Notes under the pieces: generated by a model
Databases searched by the model: none
Seen by the model: only the letters and a program-made list of their open reading frames with translations
Told to the model about the DNA's origin: nothing
Assembly: GCA_943704425.1 (NCBI GenBank)
Contig: CALSCP010001078.1
Location: 1-42,463 of the forward strand
Reading direction: 5' to 3'
Length of the DNA: 42,463 nt
DNA from: Ministeria vibrans ATCC 50519
Taxonomy: Eukaryota; Protista; Filasterea
In this document: positions 24,841 through 36,820 of the stretch, in pieces
How the letters are laid out: each line of letters starts with the position of its first letter
Numbering within the stretch: the stretch's first letter is position 1
Made by a program: the position numbers and the translations under genes

Positions 24841-25384
24841 AGCTTTGACGACTGATAAAGAAAAAGAAGTAATCAAGAAGGAAGAACGAACTATTTGAGT
24901 TTTGTGACTTTTGTCTTTTGTCTTTTGTCTTTTGACTTGATCGGGATTGTCCTTTTTTTTTGCTTCTTTTTCGGTGAGGCGTTATACACTGTGACAATGG
25001 CTGTGTGTGTGTGTGTGTCTTCTTCGTGCAGGACAATCCTCTTTTAGTGTGTTTTGTGGAAAGTCCCTTTGTGTGTCTCACCTGCTCTCCCTTTGCGCCA
25101 CCCCCACCGCTCCGTGTTCTCTCTCCTGTGTCCCTGTTCTTAGTCTCTATCTCCTCTGCGTGCTCTCTCTCTCTGTCTCTCCCTCTCTCTTTTTTTTTGC
25201 GTTCACGAGGTTGACGACCCCCTAACCCTCTCCCGCCGTCTTTTCCCTCTGTTTCCATTGCAGTAGCATAATCTTCAACGCTCTTTAAAGTGTAAGCAAC
25301 ACAATGCCTGCAAAAGACTACGTTTTCACTCCTTTTTGACCGTTTCTCTTTTTTTTTCTTTTTTTTTTTTTCGTGTCTCAGCAA

Positions 25385-26453
25385 ATGGCGGACGTAGCAG
25401 CACCAGCAGCAGCACCAGCCGACGGAGAGCGTCGCGGCGGATTCGGCGACCGTGGTGGTTTCGGCCGTGGACGTGGCCGTGGCGACCGTGGCCGTGGAGA
25501 CCGTGGTAAAGGTTTTTTCTTTTTTTTTTTGGACTTAGAATGTTAACTCTTGCTCCATACACGCACTTGTCGCTGTTGTTTAGGCCGTGGACGCCGTGGA
25601 GGTGGCAAGGACGAGGACAAGGACTGGGTTCCTCTGACCAAGCTTGGCCGTCTGGTCAAGGAGGGCAAGATTGCCTCCATTGAGCAGATCTACCTGCACG
25701 CGCTGCCCATCAAGGAGTGCGGCATCGTCGACCACTTCCTCGGCCCCAAGGTACCGCCTCCTTCTCTCTCTCTTATTGTGTGATTGCTTGGGCGCCTTGA
25801 TTCAACTTTTGTTTCTTTTTTTTGCTTTTTTGCTGTCGTAGCTGAAGGACGAGGTTCTCAAGATCATGCCTGTGCAGAAGCAGACGCGCGCCGGTCAGCG
25901 CACGCGCTTCAAGGCGTTCGTTGCCATTGGTGACGGTGAGGGCCATCTCGGCCTGGGAGTTAAGTGCTCCAAGGAAGTCGCCACGGCCATCCGTGGTGCC
26001 ATCATTGCCTCCAAGCTGTCGCTCATCCCCATCCGTCGTGGCTACTGGGGCAACAAGCTCGGTCAGCCCCATACCGTGCCCATGAAGCTCCACGGCAAGT
26101 GCGGCAGCGTCCACGTGCGTCTGATCCCGGCGCCCCGTGGCACAGGCATCGTCGCCGCGCCCGTCCCCAAGAAGCTCCTCACCATGGCCGGTGTCGACGA
26201 TTGCTACACGTCGACCAAGGGTTGCTCGCGTACCCTCGGTAACTTCGCCAAGGCTACCTTCTCCGCCGTCTCCAAGTCGTACACCTACCTTGGTAACAAC
26301 ACTCGAGATGTATTATTTTATTATCAAGTGTGCTGACTTTGTTTTGTAGAGCCGACTATGTGGAAGGACCACAAGCTCACCGAGACCCCCTACGCCGAGT
26401 TCAGCGCACACCTCGCCCGTGCCCCCGCTCGCCGTCATGTCAACACCGAGTAG
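25385..26453 (+). CDS. RPS2: 40S ribosomal protein S2 (uS5), 4 coding exons plus a probable 5'UTR intron (~25292-25381)
   Basis: RG-rich N-terminus, [51 protein letters not shown]. Confidence 0.97.
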
Positions 26454-26508
26454 ACTTGAAACAAAAATTGAAAAAGACTCGTTTTTCCAAAAAAAAAATC
26501 AAAAGAAG

Positions 26509-27113
26509 TTACGCATTGCATTGTTTGTCTGTCATTTCTGCCTCGATCGTTATGACGTGCTTGAGGTCAAATTCAGAGAAGAGAAAGGGGATCGCCGCGC
26601 GCTTTTGTCGGTGTGTCATGCTCGCTGTGCGCTTTTCTACAAACTCTGAGCTGTGGAATCCTAAAAGAACAACGAACTACAGTTACGAGGAGAAAAGTTT
26701 GGTTTGTGTGTGTCACGTACGCTCTTCAAGGACTAAATGGGTCCCCATCGCCTCGTCTACCTGGCCCGTGTACTGCCCTTTCCCATTGGGCAGCTCTACC
26801 TCAACAAGGGTGCCGTTGTCCTTGACCAGGACCGATGAGGCAAGCAGCTCGGCGTTGGACACAAAGTCGAGGTTTACATCGTCAAAGGACAAGATTGCAT
26901 AGTCGTACTAGATGGAGAGAGAGGCGGGGGGTGGGCAGGTGCTGGGGCAACAACAAAGGCATGGTGTGCAAGTACGGCGTTGTCGTCGTCGTCGGGGATG
27001 CGACTGCCTGGTGCGTCGTTGTACTCTTGCGCTGCTGCAGTGCGCGCCGTGCAAGGGCCCGCCGCGGACGCACCCTCGTCCATTTCCGAGGGGCCCTCGG
27101 TGGGTTCACTCAT
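26509..27113 (-). CDS. Small acidic protein resembling TFIIIC subunit 6 (GTF3C6/TFIIIC_sub6), 3 exons
   Basis: Spliced DDDDNA|YDYAILSFDD...VELPNGKGQYTGQVDEAMGTHLVLEE resembles the recalled TFIIIC_sub6 pattern (acidic run, hydrophobic strand, then F/Y-x-G-x-x-E/D-x-x-GT-x-(V/L)-(I/V)-F/L-EE). Not database-verified. Confidence 0.5.
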
Positions 27114-27314
27114 GAGCTTTCAAAAGAAATGTGTTGCAAGGGTGACTGGATGAGATGGTAGTGAGATCAGCTCACCAGATGGGCAAGTAAAAGTGATGAG
27201 AGTCACAATCGCTCCACTCACTCTCCAGTCGAAAGTCGAAACCACACTTTCTACTCACCTCTCTACTCACCTGAGTGAGTCAACTCAGTTTACTTCAGTC
27301 TTCACGGGGTTGCC

Positions 27315-29109
27315 ATGTCAGAAACCAGCAGAGAGGTCCCCATGTCCGAGAGACTTCGTCGGCCCAAAGGCAAACGCGGAAACCACGCTCAAATGCAAGA
27401 GTACGCCACGCCTCTGCCTGTGCCCACCGAGGTATAGACCGCCACACGAAGACGGGTGGGGTTGCAGTGGGGAAGAGGGCAGCTGCTGTCCGCTCTCTGT
27501 GTCTTGGCAATGAATGGGAACTGAAACCGACCCCTCTCGGTAGAAACTGACAAAGAAAGCGGCTTCGGCAACACGCTGGTGGCGCTACAAGGCTGTCTTT
27601 ATGGGCGACACGGTGTGGGTGACGGGCGGCGGTGACAAGCTGTGGCTGCATCGCCAGGTGAGCGCATCGGGCTCAGTCGTGTGTTTCTCATGCGCTGTGC
27701 TTAGGGATTCTTTGGGAAGGGCATGTTGAGCAAGAGCATTCCCGAGCACGAGGCGGTTGTGCGGTCGTACAAGAAGGGGGCAGTTGGTAAGAGTGTGCGG
27801 TGTGGGTGTGGGGGTGTCTTGTCGCTCATTCCTCTCGTTTTGTTGTAGTCTTGTCGTCGAAGCAACGACAGAACCAGAAGCGAATGATGCGCGAGGTGAA
27901 GAAGGAGACCCGCAAGCGACGCCGAGAGGCCCGCGAAAAGGAGGAGGAGGAAGCGGCGCAAAAGAGGCGTAAAATGGAGGAGGGGGAGATGGAGAGCGAC
28001 CAAGTAACACTGGAGAGTCCCGTGGAGAAGATTCGCATTGAGCCGGAGGGGATGGGTGAGAGCAGTGGTGAGAAGGACATTTGTATTAGTAGTGACAGTG
28101 ATTTAAGTGAAGAAGAAGGGGAGGAGGAGCAAGTGGAAGAAGAAGTGGAGGAGGAGGAGGAGGAAGAGGAGGAGGAGGAGGAAGAAGAAGAAGAAGAAGA
28201 AGAAGAAGACGAAGAAGAAGAGGAACAAGAAGACACAGGAGGTGCGACAGCCGGAGACGGTGCAGCAAAGAAGAAGAAGAGTGAGGGTCAGCGACCGGCG
28301 CGTCGCAAGTACGAAGAGCAGTTTAAGGTGACGGAGTACCTTCAGCTGTCGCTCGAAGAAGCCTTCTTTCTGTCGTACGCGCTGGGCTGCCTCATAGTTT
28401 ACCGCGGACCGACGAGCTCCGCTGATGCACAGCCCCCCAGTGCAACGGACGAAATGCCTGTGATGACACTGAGTGAGCAGTGGCACGTCTACAGCGCGCT
28501 TCAAACCGGCTTTGCCAGCACATATGCGGCGTACCACCACTTCCGCTCCAAAGGATGGGTTCCCAAGTCGGGTCTCAAGTTTGGCGTTGAGTTTGTGCTG
28601 TACAAACGAGGACCTGTTTTCTTTCACTCGTCGACCACGGTGATGGTCAAGACGGTCTGGGCCGACACCATGTGTCCCTGCGACGATGTTCTTGACCGCA
28701 GACCCATGACTTGGCCTCTCTTTACCAATCTCTCTCGTCTTTCCGAACAAGTCGCAAAGGTAAACAAAACACAGTTCTTTACGCTCAACACATGCAAAAC
28801 TGCAACGTTTTCATGCAAAGCGTACCAGAGGACTAGAGTGACATTGAGTGATTTTGATGATTTTCTGTGCTTTGACTTTTGAGATTCCGAGAGAGACGGA
28901 ACAGACTCAAAATATAACCGGTTATCGAGCAAAATGACTCATTCAATATGAATTGTGGGGGTTTTTTATAGGAACTTCTGTTTGTGTATGTGGTGCGTCC
29001 GCGGTCAGTGCGTGCGATTGATCTGCGCTCGCCCGAATGCATTTCCCAGTTTCACATCCAGAACTGTCTCTTGCGCCGGTGGGTTCCCGACCGCAACAGA
29101 CGGGAATGA
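27315..29109 (+). CDS. TSEN2: tRNA-splicing endonuclease catalytic subunit Sen2
   Basis: YATPLPVP, GFFGKGMLSKSIP, EYLQLSLEEAFFLSYALGCL, YHHFRSKGWVPKSGLKFGVEFVLYKRGPVFFHS, SEQVAK|ELL, RRWVPDRNR*. The Tyr/His/Lys triad positions are present. Confidence 0.94.
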
Positions 29110-29160
29110 TCCTCATGTGAAAAATACACCCCCTCTGTTTCTGTGCTAACTTTCCACTTC

Positions 29161-29180
29161 CTTTCTTCTTCTTCTTCTTC

Positions 29181-29258
<78 letters not shown>
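29161..29258. repeat. Compound microsatellite (CTT)n(CT)n
   Basis: Directly visible in the sequence. Confidence 0.95.
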
Positions 29259-29260
<2 letters not shown>

Positions 29261-29290
29261 ACTACAATTGCAAATCATAACAACAAAAAC

Positions 29291-29423
29291 ACTATACACT
29301 ATACACTATACACTATACACTGTACACTATACACTATACACTGTACACTATACACTATACACTATACACTATACACTATACACTATACACTATACACTAT
29401 ACACTATACACTATACACTATAC
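29291..29423. repeat. Heptamer tandem repeat (ACTATAC)x19
   Basis: 133 bp equals 19 units, two of them the variant ACTGTAC. Confidence 0.95.
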
Positions 29424-30878
29424 CTTCAATGAGCTTTGAGAGGGAGTCGCGCATGACATGGATGTTGTCAATGCCCATGCACATATAACGGCAGTTGTGG
29501 TACGCTGCGGTGCTCTCGTACCCCGCCCCTTTAGCCCGGTTCGCCATGGCGTTGATGCGTGGTCGTGCATCGACAATGTAGTGCAGACGCTAGACACACA
29601 TACACAAGGCACAAATCACACTCATGCATACTTCAAGACGCGTTTCACACACAATTTACCTTTCCAGTGGTGGAGAGTGGCATTGCCTCAAAGATGGCCT
29701 GTACCAACTGCTCATCGTCAAGGCTGCGGTTGCCTTTGACCCCCGCCAGTGGTTGGCTGCACCGCGCAATCACCGCCTCTGTCCCTTGGTGGACATAGCA
29801 CAGCGCAGGAAATCGCCCTTTCGAGCGGAACTTGGCGGATTGTTCCACCAGATTGTCTGAGACCTACACATGCAAATTCGTCAGGTTTCCATCCTCTTCT
29901 TTTTTCTTTTTTTTTTTGAGTAGTACAGTTGTTGGCACGTAGAGAACCGTAGAGTAGGATGGACAGACGGCGTAGTTGGCGTTGATCGAGGTGAGGCGCC
30001 ATCGGTCGTTGGGCACGCCCATGCGAGCAAACTCAGCCTCAGGCGAGTAGAACGACCAGCCATCGGGCTGGATGCTCACATCTACCGATCCACTGTTGCT
30101 TGTGGCATCCGCTGCGGCGTCGTTATCCGCATTGCCCTCACTGACATCCGTCCCTTCTCCTTCAGTCGCGCTCTCCGTCTCTCTCGCCACCACCACCTCC
30201 TCCTCTTCTGCGTCCCTTTTGGCTTCTGCGCTCTTCTCTTCACTGGCGGCCAGCGCCCGTGGTGTCTTGAACGCGTCCAGCTGCACAAGTGTCGCTACAA
30301 AACAGCATTGAGTACGCCACGCACAAGCACAACCCCCCCCATCCTCTCCCCTGCGCCATACCGGGAAAGGCAAAGCGCGTCAACGACTCGTAGACATCCT
30401 GGCATTCGCGCTCACGATCGCGTGGAAACAAAAAGGTCAATTCCCGAAAGTCCTTGCAGCGGATGCGCAAGGGAATGCCCTTGTGGCTGTGCGACTTCTT
30501 CGCAATCGCGTCGATCATTTGATGGCGAATCTAAGAAAAAAAAAACACCGCTGTTAGGGGCGCAGGGGCAGATGCACGGTGCGGCAGCGAGGGTGCAGTG
30601 GCATGGCTGCCATGTGGGATGCGTGTGAAGGCCTTTCGTACCCAAACTTCCGTGCTCTGGTCGTGCGACGAAAAGATGATTTGTTGTGCTGTGATGTACA
30701 GCCCACCCACGGGCTGCTTCGCTGCATTTCGTCGAGGAACAAGTATTACGTTGTCCACCTAAGCCACGGAACGGCCAGGAGAGAACGAAGAACGACCGTG
30801 GAGGGTGAGCGGGACGTTCGTTCAACTCCTTCTCCATCTTCTTACACTTGACGTGCTAATAAAGGCAGCAGACTCCAT
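29424..30878 (-). CDS. Myotubularin-related phosphoinositide phosphatase (MTMR6/7/8/9-like), 3'-truncated
   Basis: [11 protein letters not shown]|[84 protein letters not shown]. The catalytic CX5R region is not in the window. Confidence 0.9.
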
Positions 30879-31043
30879 CCTGGCTCCTGAGTCCTCCACA
30901 GGATGTTGTCGAGGATGAAAAAAAAAGTCTATTCTCAAGCTGTGAAATCAGAAATGTGAATTGTGATCGAATCGTTGACAGAGACCAAAATCTATACTTA
31001 TAAATTAATAAATAATTATCAAAATAATCAAATTTATATTGTA

Positions 31044-34000
31044 ATGACCTCTCTTGCGACATTGGAGCGCAGCGCACACGCTGCTTGGGCTCCCAGCTCA
31101 GTGTCAGAGACACTTTTTTGCACGGCAACGTCCGCGCAGCAACTGGACGCGTCCTTTAGCACGTCGGGCTCTGTCGAGATCTTTCGCCTCGACCCGGACG
31201 CCCTGGTGTCCGCTGGCTCCATTGACGTCCAAAATCGGTATGAGCAATGTTGTATGTGTCGTATTGTGGGCGTTTTCTTGTGCGATGGCGCCGATTGAGC
31301 CGATTTTGACAAGACGTCGCGAAAGAATGCCATCCCCGTTCGCCCCCCACACACAAAGACGACTCCTCTGCGCATCCTCGTCCCCTTCCGCCTCGCTTCC
31401 CCCCCATCACGTCTCCATGCACCCCATGGCCGTTCCCTTCCATGCCGCGTGGCACTTGGACGTGGCCCCCAATTGACGTTTGTGGCGGTTTTCGTGTTTT
31501 TTTTAATAATTTTCAAAGGAAAAAAAAAAATACTTTGTCCCCTCACGAAACATCGACTTTCCCCTTTGCCATTTGCACACTCCCACCGGTTTTACACGTA
31601 TTGAATTGATCGCATGACGCCGACAATGACTCCGCTTTCGGCGCCGTTTCATCACCAACTCGATCGTTGTGTCGTTGCAGCTTCAATGCGCTCGCTTGGG
31701 GCGGTGCCTCCGCCAAAGGCTCCATCATTGCCGGTGGCACCGACCAGGGCATGCTTCATCTTTGGTCTGCCGAAGAAGTTCGCAAGTAAGACAAGCGATA
31801 CACACAAAAGAGAGTGTGTTGTTTATTGTTCTTTTTGCGAACAGGGGAAACACTGCGTCTGCGACGATTGAGACGCAGCAAAAGCATCGAGGCGCCATCA
31901 ACTCGCTGGAGTTCAACACATTCCAAAGCAACCTGCTTGTCAGTGGCTCGACCAACTCGGAAATCTTCATTTGGGACATGAACAAGGCGTCGACGCCCAT
32001 GTCGCCGGGTGCCAAGCCTCAGCAGCTCGCTGAAGTCGCCTGCGTTCGCTGGAACAACCAGGTGTCGCACATTATGGCGAGTACATCGCTTGACGGAACG
32101 ACCATGGTGTGGGACTTGCGCACTAACCGTGCCGTCATCACCGTCAGCGACAACTCGGGCGGTGGCATGGGCCGTGCGCGTGCCTGTGCATGGCACCCCG
32201 ACCAGGCGACCGCCATTGCGACCGCCTCGGCGGACGACCATCGTCCCGTCGTCCAGATTTGGGACTTACGCAACACGCTTGCTCCAACACGAACAATGCA
32301 GGTGCGAAAAAGAACAACAACTACAACAAAAAAATTAATGTTGAAAGTTCTCAAATTTTTCACTCAAATTTTCACTCCTAGAACTCGACGGGAATTCTGT
32401 CGTTGGCGTGGAACCGTCGTGACTCGGGTCTGCTTTTGTCGGGATGCAAGGACGGTCGTACGGTGTGCCATGCGCCTGAGACGGGCGAGGTGGTGTGCGA
32501 ACTGCCTCAGTCGTCCAATTGGGTACACTGTGCACAGTGGTACACGCGCGACCCTTCATTGGCTCTCACGGCGTCCTTTGATGGCACCGTGCGTGTCGTG
32601 TCCATGCTTGGAGGTACGCCCGTGAGCACAAAGGGCATCAAAGGTGGTGGCGTGTCGGCGCCGGCGACGTCAAGCTTTGGCGGGTCGGGCGCATCGGATC
32701 CCAATGACCCCTTCTTTGGTGTTGGCGGTGGCGGTGGTGCCTTTGCTGGTGTGGGCGGTAATCAGGCGCATGCTGCCGGTGGTGCTGGTGCTGCGGCTAC
32801 CGGTGAGACACTCAAGCAGGCGCCCAAGTGGTTGCGACGTCCGTGTGGCGCCACTTTTGCCTTTGGAGGTCGCCTCGTGCAGTTTGGTCAGGCGACGCTG
32901 GGCAGTCGTGTCAAGGTTGATGTGGTGGCAACCGACGCTGCGCTGTTGGAGCAGTCGGTGAAGCTGCGTGAGGCACTCCATGTGCGTCAGCATGCCGATT
33001 TTTGCGCCGAGAAGATCCAATCGTCGACCAACGATCTCGATCGTCAGGTGTGGTCCTTTGTACGTGTCGCCTTTGACCAAGAGCCTCGCAAGCGTCTACT
33101 CAATCTGCTGGGTTTGGACGCGAGCGGCGTTGAAGAGGCCGCCATGCGTCTGTCGACGGTCGACTTGAGCCGGAGCGGTGTCGACGACACTCCCGCTGAC
33201 GGTGCGTCGCCTGCGAGTCCCTCGCACGACCAATCGTTCTTGGGCGTCGGCGGCGATGCTGGTACTTCTGGCGCCTTGCCTACGGTCGCTGTGAGCGACC
33301 GTCCCTTTACGATTACGACGGGCGAAGACGTTGGTGGCATGATCACCAAGGCCTTGCTTGTGGGCAACTTTAGTGCGGCCGTAGACCTGTCCATTTCGGC
33401 TGGACGCATGGCCGATGCGCTTGTGTTGGCCATCTCGGGCGGTCCCGAACTGCTCGCCAAGACAGAGAAGCGTTACTTTGAGACGCAAAAGAGCGAATTG
33501 TCGCGTCTACTCTCAGCCGTGGCGACGCACCAGTGGCACGACGTCGTCTCCAACGCGTCACTCGATAGCTGGCGCGAGGCCCTTGGCTTGCTCTGCACTT
33601 ATGCAAACACGGAAGAGTTTGGACCGCTCTGTGAACAACTGGGCGCGCGCCTCATGGCCAGCTCCAACCCAGAGCATGTTCACTCGGCGGTGCTATGCTT
33701 CGTCGCGTCGGGTTCTCTCAGTCACATGATTGTCGCCTGGGAGAAGCTTCAGGGTCCCCCGCGTGACGCCAAGGCACTCGAGGAGCTCATTGAGAAGATT
33801 GAGCTGCAGCGTTTTGGACAGGCGTCCACCGCGGCCATTGATGAGCCCATTGCGAGTCTGTACCGCAAATACGCCGAGCTCATGGCGTCGCAGGGCCAAT
33901 TGGACGTTGCATTGCACTACCTTGAGACGGCCAGCATGGCTGTGCCCGTCCAGGAGGACGACTCAGATAGTGGCATTGGTGCCTCCGAGTCTGTTCTGCG

Positions 34001-35060
34001 TCATCGTCTTTTTGTCGCGCAAAATGGGAAGGCTGCAAACCTCTCGGCGAACGCACCGCCCTTCCCTTTCCCCCACTACGAACTGATCAAGCGTGCACCC
34101 GTCGTTGTTGCACCGTCTCAACCACAACAGCAGCAACAAGAGCACTTCCAGTTCCAGGGCAGCAGTGGCGGTGCTAGTCAATGGGGTGCGCCTCCATCAC
34201 AACAAGCGAATGCGTTCTCCGGATTTGGCGGTGCTCAGACACAACCACAACAGACGCCCGCCGCCTGGGCGCCTGGCGCCCATGCACCTCCTTCGACTGC
34301 TGCACCTACTACTGCTGCTGCTGCTGCACCTGCTGCTGCTCCCTTCACGTCACAATATGGCACGTCTTTCTCCGCGCAGCCGACACCTATCCAGTCGCAC
34401 ACGGCAGCGTCACCCTTTGGTGTCCAGCCGCCCGTGAGTGCCCAGTCTTGGACGGGCGCACCCGAACAGAACACCTTCTCGCGTGCTCCCGTTCCCCGCA
34501 TGCCCCCTCCCACATCTTCCTCAACAGCAGCAGTAGCTCCCGCCCCTGCAGCAACATCGTCGTGGGACACTGCACCGCCCACAGCCGCTACCTCTGCCGC
34601 TACGCCTGCCTGGGCTCCCGCACAGGCTGCCGCCTTCACGACTGCTCCCATTTCTTCCCCCTTTGGCACTGCCAACGCCACAACCTCCTACAATGCTCCT
34701 CCTCCTGTCGATGACCAGGCACGTCCGGCCCCTCCTCCCGCGGACAAGCGCTGGAACGATCCCCCAGCCATTCAGGTAAACGTTTTGTTTGTTGTTCATT
34801 ACTTTGTGCATCATCATTTTTATGTTCTCTTTTCAGCATATCAAGAGAACGCCTGCACCAGCAGCTGCTGCTCCTATCACCGCACCGCTTCCTCAAATGG
34901 CACACCAGCCCATGCCAGGACAGGTATACTCCTGATATTTTTTTATTGCGTTCAGATACACTCAAGCTTGCTCTATTCTTTGGTATAGTATGGCAATGCT
35001 CCCCCACAGCAACAGCAGTTCCAAGGTGGCCACGCTGCTGCTCCTGCTCCTTCGCCACCA
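31044..35060 (+). CDS. SEC31: COPII coat protein SEC31, 3'-truncated
   Basis: TSAQQLDASFSTSGSVEIF, WD40 repeats (IFIWDM, VWDLR, QIWDLRN), APKWLRRPCGATFAFGGRLV, ITKALLVGNF, YAELMASQG, a Pro-rich region with WNDPP. The last exon ends at a GTAAGA donor with no stop codon and no C-terminal helical domain. Confidence 0.94.
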
Positions 35061-35119
35061 GTAAGAGCCGCGATTGCTTTTTTCTATTGCGTCATTAGAC
35101 CCATACTCACAAGCACACT

Positions 35120-35362
35120 TTTCTTTTCTTTATCACTTTCTCTTTATCACTTTGTCTCTCTCTCTCTCTTTATCACTTGTTTTTTTTTCTCCTCTCTCTC
35201 TCTCTTTATCACTTGTTTTTTCTTCTCTCTCTCTCTCTTTATCACTTGTTTTTTCTCCTCTCTCTCTCTCTTTATCACTTGTTTTTTCTTCTCTCTCTCT
35301 CTCTTTATCACTTGTTTTTTCTCCTCTCTCTCTCTCTTTATCACTTTTTTTCTTCTTCTTCT

Positions 35363-35453
<91 letters not shown>

Positions 35454-35880
35454 GTTATATATATCTCTCTTGTTCTATCTCTCTGTCTCTAGTTATATCT
35501 CTCTCTTGTTCCATCTCTCTCTTGTTCCATCTCTCTCTCTTGTTCCATCTCTCTCTCTTGTTCTATCTCTTTCTCTCTCTCTTGTTCTATCTCTTTCTCT
35601 CTCTCTTGTTCTATCTCTTTCTCTCTCTCTTGTTCTATCTCTTTCTCTCTCTCTTGTTCTATCTCTTTCTCTCTCTCTCTCTTGTTCTATCTCTTTCTCT
35701 CTCTCTCTCTCTTGTTCTATCTCTTTCTCTCTCTCTCTCTTGTTCAATCTCTTTATCTCTCTCTTGTTCTATCTCTTTATCTTTCTCTTTCTCTTTCTCC
35801 CTCTTGTTCTATCTCTTTCTCTCCCTCTTTCTCTTTCTCTCTTGTTCTGTCTCGTCACTATCTTTTTCTCTCCATTCTCT
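35120..35880. repeat. Composite low-complexity block: TTTATCACTTGTTT-(CT)n minisatellite, then (CTT)n(CT)n, then CTTGTTCTAT-(CT)n minisatellite
   Basis: Two different unit types lie either side of a ~100-bp (CTT)n(CT)n core at ~35350-35452. Confidence 0.92.
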
Positions 35881-35893
35881 GCGCGCCTCGTAC

Positions 35894-36704
35894 TGTGTGC
35901 ATGAGAATGCCGTGACGGATGTGCGGCACAATGATTGCGGCGTTGCCCTTGACGCCGATGGCCGCACGATTGACCGGATAGGGTCCGTACAAACGCGGGT
36001 CGTCTTCGGGAGAGTTGAGGTCAAACTCAAAGAGGCCAGTGGGTGTGTTGCCGCTGTGATGCACAAGATGAAATGTAAAAACACAATTGCATAAACACGA
36101 AAACATTCGTACTCTGAGGCAAATTCGGTGAGACCATCGCCCTTGTTGTTAAAGTCGGGCCAAGGCCCCGTGTCGTGCTGGTCGTGGCCATGAAGACGCA
36201 CGGTGAAGGTGTGAAGCGCACTGTTGTTGCCGGCAAACAATGTAGCGGGCACTTCAATGCTGCGGTTGGCATGGACATGGATGCGCACAATGTACATGAA
36301 GCCGTGGGCCGCCGGCACCATGCTAGGATCATCGACGTAGCCATCGTAGGAGTGTTTCTCAAGCAGCGTCTGAGTGGAATATTCGACACAGTTAACTTTT
36401 GAGAGACTCTAACTTGAACCTTTTTCACCTGCTGTGACTTATCGCCCAGAATTCCGTCTGCCGACAGGCCGTTTCCCTTCTGAAAGGCAACAGTCGCATC
36501 CTTGGACGCTTCGTCAAAGACCCCCGAGGCGTTGAAGGACGCAGCAACAAACGGGGAGCGCTTCAAGAGATTCTGAGCAATCACAACATCACTGCCACTC
36601 TGCGGTGGTGTGCGCACTTCGAGATTTCGCGAGAATGGCGGTGGAAAGGCAAGAACGCCGCCAACAAGAAGCGAGAATACAACAAGCGTATGGATGGAGG
36701 GCAT
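35894..36704 (-). CDS. Secreted peptidoglycan-binding-domain protein with a putative L,D-transpeptidase (YkuD)-like domain, 3'-truncated
   Basis: Signal peptide MPSIHTLVVFSLLVGGVLA; PG_binding_1-like SGSDVVIAQNLL...GVFDEASKDATVAFQKGNGLSADGILGDKS; then FASDGNTPTGLFEF and IRHGILMHT ending at a GTACGA donor. Two internal GT-AG introns restore one frame. Confidence 0.8.
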
Positions 36705-36820
36705 CAGAGCAAAAAAAAGACTAGTTCCCAGTTGGTGAATGGTGATTGAGTCATTCGTTGATCGAAATGAATGAAAGTCAAAAACACACAAATACACAAT
36801 ATTGAATATTGTTTTGCAGG

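Noticed and set aside
3548-36753. Window-wide enrichment of exact AP-1 sites (TGASTCA)
   Set aside because: I noticed about 7 occurrences versus roughly 5 expected by chance in 42 kb, which is not significant by itself.
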